Shown here one piece after another: positions 17,354 to 25,331 of a stretch of 64,000 bases of DNA. Position numbers and translations under genes: made by a program. The notes beneath the pieces are model-generated. The model was not told the origin of the DNA. It was given only the letters and a program-made list of their open reading frames with translations, and searched no databases. Each line of letters starts with the position of its first letter. Position 1 is the stretch's first letter. The DNA comes from Candidatus Aenigmatarchaeota archaeon (GTDB lineage Archaea > Aenigmatarchaeota > Aenigmatarchaeia > QMZP01 > QMZT01), in the NCBI GenBank assembly GCA_963726265.1, contig CAVSBQ010000002.1, positions 262,486 through 326,485 of the forward strand, given 5' to 3'.

Positions 17354-19921
17354 TCAGTCTCCAATTTTCTTTACCATGATGCAATGGCTAGTATCTTTAC
17401 GTCGGGTCTTAATTGTCGCCCTTTTCCATCCCAATTCATTTAATTTATACTCCGGTATTTCACCGATACCTCTATAACGTTCCAACAAAGCCAATACCTC
17501 CTGACCATTCTGAGCCATTTTAATTTTGTCAAAAATGTTTTTATTCACATAATCGGTCGTTCTTGCCGTCAATTCTTCATCCAAGCCGGTTTTCGGGTCA
17601 TAAAAAGCGAATTTTTTGCACACCTCTCCATTATCTTCCGCTTCCTGTGCAAATCTTATATCTCTTTTTGTTCTTCTTGGTGTTATGACATGAATATCCT
17701 TCCTGAATGCAAACTGATCTTCATCTAGTTTCTCGGAAGTCGGATACCCAATTTTTTTGCCAACGGCCATATGGACTCTAAAATCGCTTCCTATCGGTTC
17801 TATTGCCTTGACGAATCCTGATAATTCAGGAATCACCTCAAAGCCTAGCATGCCCAAACCTTCATATAATTTTTTCTGAATTTCTGGATCAATCAAACTT
17901 TCAGGGAGTGCCAGAATGTAGTATCCATTCTTTTTCAAAATCCTGTTGGCTTCCCTCACAGCCCCCGTTCTCTCCTCACCAAGAGATAAATAATAAAGGC
18001 CCAGCGAACATAACGCAAGATCGAATTTTTCGCCAATTAACGGAAGTTGATGAATAGAAGCCGCGATACTTGCGCCTTTTTGTTTAGAAAACTCTCTCCC
18101 TTTTCTCAACTGGTGTTCATTTATATCCAAACTTGTTATTGGAGCACCTAAAACATGAGATAAGATGGCTGGTCCCGAAGCCAAGTCTACCTTTTCGATC
18201 AAATTCTCGCCGCTTTGCACGAGTCCTTCAATTATTTTTTTATAAACAGCTGCGGTTTTTCCTGAATATGAACTCTCCCATCCGATGAGGTAATTATCTG
18301 CTATCTCCGTTCCCAATTCGCATCCATCGAGTTTGAGATGTTCCAGATACTGCCTCGCTCCTATTCCATAAAGGTTTGCGTTGTGCAGGCTGATTTTCTG
18401 CTGTGGGCTCAGCCTTCCTGCCTCCTTGGGCGACATTCTTTTTATTATCGATTTTTGCAAATGGGGTGGTTTTGCAGTCATCTGTTTTTCATCCGAAGTC
18501 AGTCTCCTTGTCCCGCCATCCATGACATAGGTTATGATATCTTTTTTGTCCTCTCTCTGCTCCCTTATACCCTCATCAATCGAACCGTATGGATTTAACA
18601 AATACTTGCCAACCAGGCTGAATATCTCAACAGGGTGTATCTGGCCCGGTCTCCACAACCTTTTATTGGCCTGTTCATACTCAGCGTCGGTGAAAGGCTC
18701 ATCCAGATGAATACCGTTTTGTGCAGCTGTCAAATCGGTTCCCAAGCTCATGGCCTGAACCATGCCGATGCAGACCCTCTTTTTGGGATTAGTCTGGAAC
18801 TCTATTCTTCCTTTTTCCCTATCGCTCCATGGCTCACTCTCTTTCCTGTGCAAACTCACGGTTCCGTCTAACCTGACCACACCGGCATCCTTGTATCTAT
18901 CCTCCAACACTTCTGTAACGCCGTCCCTGAAATGGGAGCTGAATATGACAACCTTTTCGCCTTTGCTCAGCTCCCTTTCGACTATTTTGTCCAAGGCATC
19001 GTATTTTGCCGAGGGAACAGTTTCTAAAATTTTTCTGAGGCCTTCATCATTTATGCAAGCGGGGTCTACCAAAGCTGGATTTATAAGAGCCTTCTCTAAC
19101 TCCATAAGCTTTCTGAACGCATTAAGGTCTTTGCGTTGATATATTTCCGTATAAATTCTTTCTTGATCAGCATTGAGAACCACCGGTATTATGTGATGCG
19201 TGATGGGCGGCAAATTGATAACATCCTCTGTTTCCCTTCTCAGCATTTTTCCGCCAGGCCCGCTCAGCATCCAGCAAAGAACTGTTGGGTCCTTTCCATA
19301 AGCTTTGTCAACATCCTCGGCTGTCGGGAATTTGTCCGGATAGAGCATGCTCACCAAGGTAAATGCATCATCTATCGTATTGGGTATAGGAGTTCCAGAA
19401 AGCAGCGCTAAATATCTAACGTTATCGGCAAGTTCTTTTATCGCTTTGGTGCGGGAAGCGAGGGGATTCCTGGAGATGTGGATTTCGTCCCCTATCAAAA
19501 AATCGAATCCTATTTCCTTTAATCTTGACACGGTATCTCTGTTGGTCTGTATTTTTTCGCCATGGAGGTCATAGAGGAGCTCATAGTTTATCAGAGTGAA
19601 ATCGGAATCCTTCGCCCTTTTCAAGTCTTTCTCGATGGTATCAGCATATACCGGCACTATTTTTTGCGGCGTTTTGAAATATTTTGCCAGCTCTCTTTGC
19701 CAGTGTTCCTTTAGAAATGCCGGAGAAACTACCAAAGCCCTTATTTTATTGCCGGTTTTGCTTTCAAATGCGTCTTTCGCAAGCCCTGCAACCGCTGTCT
19801 TGTAAAGGCCCATATCATAAGCCAATAGCGCTCTTTCATTGTCTGTAATGAACTTTACCCCCTCTACCGTGGAGATGTGAGGGAAATCCACGTATTTCGA
19901 TATCAAATTATATTTTCCCAT
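17354..19921 (-). CDS. SNF2-family helicase fused to a C-terminal class-I SAM-dependent methyltransferase domain (855 aa)
   Basis: Helicase motifs: DMGLYKT (variant Walker A), DEIH, LSGTPIPN, and LGTDLTAAQNGIHLDEPFTDAEYEQANKRLWRPGQ. MTase motifs: VDLASGPA (motif I), FDLALCSLGLYY, ILKKNGYYIL. No DPPY/NPPY DNA-MTase motif seen. AT-rich. Confidence 0.8.
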   Translation of the reverse strand: MGKYNLISKYVDFPHISTVEGVKFITDNERALLAYDMGLYKTAVAGLAKDAFESKTGNKIRALVVSPAFLKEHWQRELAKYFKTPQKIVPVYADTIEKDLKRAKDSDFTLINYELLYDLHGEKIQTNRDTVSRLKEIGFDFLIGDEIHISRNPLASRTKAIKELADNVRYLALLSGTPIPNTIDDAFTLVSMLYPDKFPTAEDVDKAYGKDPTVLCWMLSGPGGKMLRRETEDVINLPPITHHIIPVVLNADQERIYTEIYQRKDLNAFRKLMELEKALINPALVDPACINDEGLRKILETVPSAKYDALDKIVERELSKGEKVVIFSSHFRDGVTEVLEDRYKDAGVVRLDGTVSLHRKESEPWSDREKGRIEFQTNPKKRVCIGMVQAMSLGTDLTAAQNGIHLDEPFTDAEYEQANKRLWRPGQIHPVEIFSLVGKYLLNPYGSIDEGIREQREDKKDIITYVMDGGTRRLTSDEKQMTAKPPHLQKSIIKRMSPKEAGRLSPQQKISLHNANLYGIGARQYLEHLKLDGCELGTEIADNYLIGWESSYSGKTAAVYKKIIEGLVQSGENLIEKVDLASGPAILSHVLGAPITSLDINEHQLRKGREFSKQKGASIAASIHQLPLIGEKFDLALCSLGLYYLSLGEERTGAVREANRILKKNGYYILALPESLIDPEIQKKLYEGLGMLGFEVIPELSGFVKAIEPIGSDFRVHMAVGKKIGYPTSEKLDEDQFAFRKDIHVITPRRTKRDIRFAQEAEDNGEVCKKFAFYDPKTGLDEELTARTTDYVNKNIFDKIKMAQNGQEVLALLERYRGIGEIPEYKLNELGWKRATIKTRRKDTSHCIMVKKIGD

Positions 19922-21404
19922 AGTTTTTCCCGCCTTTATATTCAGGATTCGGAATTCGTGAATTCGCGTTTCTGATCAAATCATAATTTTGTATGTCGTT
20001 TAAGTTGTCGTATAATTTGCACCACAATCTTTTGACGAACTCGTTTTGTTCGCTGTCTGCCTTTTGCTTTATCTCCGATACGGTTCTTTCCGGATTATCG
20101 TAAAAATTCCTTCTGACCTGTTTTTCAAGAAGTTTATAGAATTCATGTTCTAGGCGAGGGTCCTGATCAAGGAATTCTGGCGGTATCCGCCTAATATAAT
20201 CTTCTGCCGGGAGATTGGACCTGCCCACCGTTATATCGCCAAGGTATGGCCCCAAGGACCAAACGGAGAATTTGACAGAACCCGGTATCATCCTCGACAC
20301 TATATGGTTGAAAACGTATTCCTTGCTTTCATGGCCGTTTTCTCCGAAAGAAGAAAGGATGGCGCTAATGGTTTCTCTCAGTCTTTCATCACTTTTGATA
20401 TAATCTGTGAAATCTTGTGAAGATTCAAATTTTCTGAAAGATCTCTTATATCTTGGATGCAGAACATCCTTTCTTTGAGCAAGTTCTTCTTCTGATAAAC
20501 CCTGTTCTTTGAGAGAAGTATATTTTTGAATTGCCCGCTTCATGATATTTTTTACAGTTGCACCACTCAAACCGGCATATCTGGCAATTTTTTCGAAGTT
20601 ATCGGTTGTTGTATATAGTTTTTCCAGAACAATATCAACTTGTTCTTGAAGAATACCTCCTCCTAGCCTTCGATATTTTGGATTTAGTTTTCCTTCTTCT
20701 ATTAATTGTTCCATAATTCTTCGCACAGCATTAAAATCTAGACCGATATCCTTACTAATTTTTTTGATGTTATCATGTGTAGTCGATAATTTTTCAAAAA
20801 TAATGTCAACCTGTCTTTTAACAATACGTCCTACTCTTAGGTATTGTGAGTCTAGTTTTCCTTCTTCTATCAATTTTTGCATAATTTTTCGAACAGTTGT
20901 ATCATCTAGACTAATATCTTTGCTAATTTTTACTAGGCTATCGTTAGTTGTGGAGAGTTTTTCTAGGATAATGTCAACTTGTTCTTGAACAATACTATTT
21001 GGTAATCTTAAATATTTTGGATGTAATACGTCATTTCTTTTTAGCAGTTCTCCATCGGAAAGACCTTGCTCTTTTAGTAAAAGATATTTTTGTATTGCGT
21101 TGTTCATAATTTTCTTTACAAGTTCATCAGATCTTTCAATATCTTTGCCGATTTTTTTTAAACTATCATGGGTTGTCGAAAGTTTTTCTAAAAGAACACC
21201 AACTTCTTCTGATGTAATATATCTTCGGTGTCTTCGATATTTTGGATCTAATTTTCCTTCTTTTATTGACTGCTCCATTATTTTTTTTAGATAATAGTGA
21301 TTGTATAATGCAACCTCTCTGCCAATTTTTGCTAGGCTATCGTTAGTTGTGGAGAGTTTTTCTATCACTTTTTCTTCTATTTTTTTTGATATTCTTTTTG
21401 GCAT
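19908..21404 (-). CDS. Protein with five tandem HTH-like repeats plus a roughly 170-aa C-terminal domain of unknown function
   Basis: EKL(S/Y)TT(N/H/T)D motif recurs at residues 15, 73, 148, 204 and 261, each followed by KI.KDI......V(K/R)(K/R)IM. 14-nt overlap with the downstream helicase gene. Confidence 0.7.
   Translation of the reverse strand: MPKRISKKIEEKVIEKLSTTNDSLAKIGREVALYNHYYLKKIMEQSIKEGKLDPKYRRHRRYITSEEVGVLLEKLSTTHDSLKKIGKDIERSDELVKKIMNNAIQKYLLLKEQGLSDGELLKRNDVLHPKYLRLPNSIVQEQVDIILEKLSTTNDSLVKISKDISLDDTTVRKIMQKLIEEGKLDSQYLRVGRIVKRQVDIIFEKLSTTHDNIKKISKDIGLDFNAVRRIMEQLIEEGKLNPKYRRLGGGILQEQVDIVLEKLYTTTDNFEKIARYAGLSGATVKNIMKRAIQKYTSLKEQGLSEEELAQRKDVLHPRYKRSFRKFESSQDFTDYIKSDERLRETISAILSSFGENGHESKEYVFNHIVSRMIPGSVKFSVWSLGPYLGDITVGRSNLPAEDYIRRIPPEFLDQDPRLEHEFYKLLEKQVRRNFYDNPERTVSEIKQKADSEQNEFVKRLWCKLYDNLNDIQNYDLIRNANSRIPNPEYKGGKNYGKI
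20439..21392 (-). repeat. Intragenic tandem repeats (5 units of about 56-75 codons) encoding the HTH-like modules
   Basis: Includes a 41-nt DNA repeat with a single mismatch (aattttt[a/g]ctaggctatcgttagttgtggagagtttttcta) at 20925-20965 and 21324-21364. Confidence 0.8.
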
Positions 21405-21590
21405 TTGTTCACCAAATTAACTACTATTTAATGATTATTAGAAAGGTTTATAAATCACTAGAATCCGGCAATTTGGACTATTTAGAGTTTCGTATCAAGG
21501 TTATCGCTCCATGTCGAATTAACCTGCATACAATCTGGGGAATCTGGGAAAATCTTTTTTATGCAACTCCACCTATTAGTATTGTTCTAT

Positions 21591-22193
21591 ATGCATGGCA
21601 AGTTCATCGTCTTCGAGGGGATTGACAAGTCGGGCAAGGCTACGCAGGCGAAGCTGCTGTGCGAACACCTACACGCGAAAGGCGCGCACGTGGTTTACAC
21701 GGCAGAGCCGAGCCCGAACAACCCGGCCGGAAGGCTGATAAAGGACTGGCTGGCCGGCAGGTTAGAAATGACGAGCGGCGAGGCGATAACGCTGCTCTAC
21801 ACGGCCGATCGCTTCGAACATCTGAAGAGGGTGATACTGCCCAACATCGCGGAGGGCAGGAATGTCGTGTGCGACCGCTACTTCTACTCGACCATTGCAT
21901 ACGAATCGGCGATTTTCAACATTGATGCGGCATGGATAAAGAAGCTGCACGAGAACGTGCGCAAGCCTGATCTCGTGATTTACATCGACATAGCGCCCGA
22001 TGTCTCGCTGGCGCGAAAGCGCAGTCGACCAGACGACCGCCTCGAGAAGGTCGAGCTGCTGCGCAAGGTGAGGGATGCATATCACAGGATGGCGAAGGAC
22101 GAGGGCTTCTTTGTCGTGGACGGCGACCGGACGAAGGACGAGGTGTTTGCAGACGTGAAGAAAATCTGCGAGAGGTTTCTGGAAATCAGATAA
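21591..22193 (+). CDS. tmk: Thymidylate kinase
   Basis: P-loop FIVFEGIDKSGKATQ plus the DRY motif. ATG at 21591 with a TATA-like CTTTTTTATG about 30 nt upstream. Confidence 0.85.
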   Translation: MHGKFIVFEGIDKSGKATQAKLLCEHLHAKGAHVVYTAEPSPNNPAGRLIKDWLAGRLEMTSGEAITLLYTADRFEHLKRVILPNIAEGRNVVCDRYFYSTIAYESAIFNIDAAWIKKLHENVRKPDLVIYIDIAPDVSLARKRSRPDDRLEKVELLRKVRDAYHRMAKDEGFFVVDGDRTKDEVFADVKKICERFLEIR

Positions 22194-22241
22194 CAATGAC
22201 AACAATGAAGAGATTTATAAAACCAAAAATGATATTAATAT

Positions 22242-23357
22242 ATGGGCCACCAGATTAGAGCACCGAAAGGCAATAACGCCGTCAACGGTGGCAACGACAG
22301 CAACGGCAAGGACAAGTATGAAGGCCGCGGCTTCTGCGCAGCGCTTTACAAGCAGGGCAGGACCAAGCGCATGGAATCCAGCAACGTCAAAGACTTCTTC
22401 CCCATGATTTCGAAGGCGACGGTTGCATGGATAGATTACGTCGTGAACGACTTTGAAGACGAAAGCCTGGAGGCCGCCACGTCGCTGGGCTTCAGCAAGC
22501 TTCTCGTCAAAAACATGATAAAATGCACCGCCAGCGGCTACGAAGATTTCGTCAACGAGGTCGGCGTGTTCCTGCCGGCGATGCGCGTCGACGGCTTCGA
22601 GGTGAGCCTGGATCCGCTGCTCATATTCATAAAGAAAAACGTCATGGTCACCATACACTCCAAGGAGACCAAAAGATTCTTCCGAGTGAGGCGATACGCA
22701 GAAACGCTCCTGCGCAAGCTGCCGCGCAAAACCCTGCAGACGGACAAGATGACCCTCCTTCTCATGCGCATCATCGACGAGAACAACGCGCGCAACTTCG
22801 ACCACCTGAGGGAAATCGAGGAGCAGGGCGACAAGATGAGCGAGGACCTTTCGGACCCCAAAACGCCGAGGCAGATACTTGGCCCGAAGATTCACCAGAT
22901 GAAGCACGCGCTCATAGTCTACCTGGGCGGGCTGTGGTCGACCGTGGACACGCTGAACTCGCTGCGCTACGGCGACGCGGACCTGCTCACGGACAATACG
23001 AGGATACTGGACAGGCTCGGCGGCCTGGTCGGCGAGGTCCATTCCCAGATCGGCCTGGCGGAGCACCTCAGCGAGGTCCTGGCGAGCGGCCTGGAAGTCC
23101 TGCAGTCGATTTACAATAACCAGCTCCAGATCCTGAACAACAGGCTCGCGCTGCTCGTTTCTTACCTGACCATCATCGGTACCGCGCTGCTCGTGCCGAA
23201 CACCATAGCGACGGTCGCCGGCAACTCCATGTTCAATTTCACAAAAGACGACGTGGGCTGGTATCTCACGCTCATAGTCGTTTCGACCGTTGTCGCGACC
23301 GCATTTTCCTGGTGGGCGCTGAAGAAGGTGCACCTGCTGCCCAGCAAGCCCGAATGA
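22242..23357 (+). CDS. corA: CorA-like divalent cation transporter with a non-canonical pore motif
   Basis: Soluble N-domain plus two C-terminal TM helices. GNSMFNF occupies the position of the YGMNF signature. ATTTATAAAA box about 25 nt upstream of the ATG at 22242; alternative ATG at 22371. Confidence 0.7.
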   Translation: MGHQIRAPKGNNAVNGGNDSNGKDKYEGRGFCAALYKQGRTKRMESSNVKDFFPMISKATVAWIDYVVNDFEDESLEAATSLGFSKLLVKNMIKCTASGYEDFVNEVGVFLPAMRVDGFEVSLDPLLIFIKKNVMVTIHSKETKRFFRVRRYAETLLRKLPRKTLQTDKMTLLLMRIIDENNARNFDHLREIEEQGDKMSEDLSDPKTPRQILGPKIHQMKHALIVYLGGLWSTVDTLNSLRYGDADLLTDNTRILDRLGGLVGEVHSQIGLAEHLSEVLASGLEVLQSIYNNQLQILNNRLALLVSYLTIIGTALLVPNTIATVAGNSMFNFTKDDVGWYLTLIVVSTVVATAFSWWALKKVHLLPSKPE

Positions 23358-23399
23358 GACGAACGACGAACATGGGAATGCAACCAATAAATACAACCC

Positions 23400-24191
23400 A
23401 TGACAACATTAGGGTATCGGATTATGGGTGTTATGTTCTCTAAAATCTTCATCTCGTGGAAGAAGGATTACGGCGAGAAGGTCGCGCTCAAGGTTTTGTC
23501 CATACTCAGGCAATACGCCATCCCATACGCTTTCGACGAACCGAAAGACTGTGACCTCGCGATACTCATAGGCGGCGACGGCACGCTGCTTAAGCACCAG
23601 TCATCGCTGGAGTGCCCCATCCTCGGCATAAACCCCGGCAAGTCTGTGGGGCATTACATGACCATGACCAACGGCGACTTCGAGCGGAAGCTGGGTAAGG
23701 TCATCGACGGAGAGGAAGGGAAGGATTTTTTCATCAGGGCATATCCGAGGCTGGAAGCGAGCATAAACAGGACGCCGGTCCCGTTCCTGGCGCTCAACGA
23801 GGTGCTGATATCGCCCATTTACGTAAGAAGAACGTTTGACTCCGAACTGACGACCGGGAGCAGGAAAACGAAGGAAAGGAACTCCGGCATACTGGTCTAC
23901 ACGCCGGACGGCTCTTACGCGTATGCCGGCTCTGCCGGAGCGAAATCGCTTAAGGCGGAAGCGAAATTCGGCGTGGCCGCCATCGCTCCTTACTGGGGCA
24001 GGCTGAAGAAAGGCGAAATCACGCTTAAAGACGGCTGTACGACCGTCAAATGCCTTACTGACGAAGGCGAGCTCTGCGTGGACGGTCAGGAGGAGCAGCT
24101 CTGCAGGCTAAAAGAGAACGACGTCGTGAGCGTGAAGAGAAGCAGGAAGCCTGCCAAGATAATCTGCTTCACCAAACATAAAAAGGCCTGA
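23400..24191 (+). CDS. nadK: NAD kinase
   Basis: GGDGT motif (ILIGGDGTLL) and NEV motif (LALNEVLI). 263 aa. Confidence 0.8.
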   Translation: MTTLGYRIMGVMFSKIFISWKKDYGEKVALKVLSILRQYAIPYAFDEPKDCDLAILIGGDGTLLKHQSSLECPILGINPGKSVGHYMTMTNGDFERKLGKVIDGEEGKDFFIRAYPRLEASINRTPVPFLALNEVLISPIYVRRTFDSELTTGSRKTKERNSGILVYTPDGSYAYAGSAGAKSLKAEAKFGVAAIAPYWGRLKKGEITLKDGCTTVKCLTDEGELCVDGQEEQLCRLKENDVVSVKRSRKPAKIICFTKHKKA

Positions 24192-24293
24192 TTCTGCGTT
24201 TTTTTACCCCAGAACAGCGAATTTTACTATATTAATTAATAAAGGACCCGCCAAAAGGAGAAAGATTTATATAGGTGCAGCCAATTATGATGT

Positions 24294-24620
24294 ATGAACA
24301 AAGAAGCAATCGGTAGATACGCATTTATCGTTGGACTAGTGATTTCAGTGATTGCAGGGTTTGTCAGCATAGGTGCTACGGGACTCGCGGCACTGGTCGT
24401 TCTGGGGCTCATCGTTGGGTTCCTTAACGTGACTGGCGCAGAGGTGCAGAAGTTCCTTATGGGAACGATTGCGCTGATGCTTGTCGGCTCGGTGCTGGGC
24501 GTCGTGCTCAATGCGCTCCCATATGTGCCAGGGATACTTTCAGCATTCACATCATTCGTGGCAGGAGCAGCATTGCTAGTATCGCTCAAGGAAGTCTACA
24601 CGATAACCAAAACCCAGTGA
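24294..24620 (+). CDS. Small membrane protein (3-4 TM)
   Basis: Hydrophobic throughout. TTTATATA box 20-30 nt upstream of the ATG. Confidence 0.6.
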   Translation: MNKEAIGRYAFIVGLVISVIAGFVSIGATGLAALVVLGLIVGFLNVTGAEVQKFLMGTIALMLVGSVLGVVLNALPYVPGILSAFTSFVAGAALLVSLKEVYTITKTQ

Positions 24621-24675
24621 TCTTAGAGACGAACAACGATAACAGTTTCCTTTTTCTTTTTATTTTACCGAAAAC

Positions 24676-24690
24676 CGAAAGCTTTATATG
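24676..24690 (+). promoter_or_regulatory. BRE/TATA candidate (CGAAAGC-TTTATATG) for the DUF5320-DUF134 pair
   Basis: Purine-rich BRE-like element followed by TTTATAT, about 55 nt upstream of the ATG at 24742, which has its own GGAGGTG SD. Confidence 0.4.
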
Positions 24691-24741
24691 TATTATGAAT
24701 ATATATTCATTATGAGAATAAATTTATCGGGAGGTGAAAAT

Positions 24742-24960
24742 ATGCCAAGAGGAGACGGAACAGGCCCTAACGGAAAGGGACCAGCAGGATGGGGCATGGG
24801 ACCTTGCGGACGTGGTAATGGGAGAAGGTTTTGGGCGTGCAGACCTTTTAATGCAGACCCTGCCAGAGCGGACGACAAGGAATTCCTCAAAAAAGAGAAG
24901 GAAATACTCGAAAAAGAAATCGAGATGATAGACAAAAGGTTAAAAGAACTTGAAAAATAA
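24742..24960 (+). CDS. DUF5320-family protein
   Basis: Characteristic MPRGDGTGPNGKGP...GPCGRG start and C-terminal coiled-coil. GGAGGTG SD upstream of the ATG at 24742. Confidence 0.75.
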   Translation: MPRGDGTGPNGKGPAGWGMGPCGRGNGRRFWACRPFNADPARADDKEFLKKEKEILEKEIEMIDKRLKELEK

Positions 24961-24968
24961 GATAAAAT

Positions 24969-25307
24969 ATGCCACCGAGGCCTAGGATACAAAGAAGGGT
25001 TTTCTGTAATCCGGAATTCACCTACTTCAAACCGGCAGGTGCAAGAATAGTGGAGCTGGAAGAAATCGTCCTGACCGTTGATGAGTTCGAAGCTATAAGA
25101 CTGAGGGACCACGAGGGGCTGGAGCAGACGCAAGCGGCTGAAAAAATGGGCATCTCCCAGCCTACCTTCCAGCGGCTTTACGAGAGCGCCAGGAAGAAGA
25201 TAGCCGACGCGATCGTGAACGGCAAGGCGATAAAAATAGAAGGCGGTTCTTATAAAATAACGAGAGGCAGAGGCTTCGGAAGAAGATTCCGCGGCAGAAT
25301 GGATTAG
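24969..25307 (+). CDS. DUF134/UPF0251 predicted DNA-binding protein
   Basis: MPPRPR..R.....P....FKPAG...L..DEFEAIRL.D.EGL.Q..AAEKMGISQPTFQR......RKKIADA pattern of the family. Confidence 0.8.
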   Translation: MPPRPRIQRRVFCNPEFTYFKPAGARIVELEEIVLTVDEFEAIRLRDHEGLEQTQAAEKMGISQPTFQRLYESARKKIADAIVNGKAIKIEGGSYKITRGRGFGRRFRGRMD

Positions 25308-25331
25308 CAGCTATACCTTATTTTCTGAAAA

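Noticed and set aside
16832-21590. Integrase, att direct repeats or a tRNA target flanking the AT-rich cassette.
   Set aside because: No recombinase ORF is present. The only flank similarity is short T-rich promoter/terminator-like sequence. The nearest tRNA (15728-15837) is about 1 kb away and separated by two backbone genes.
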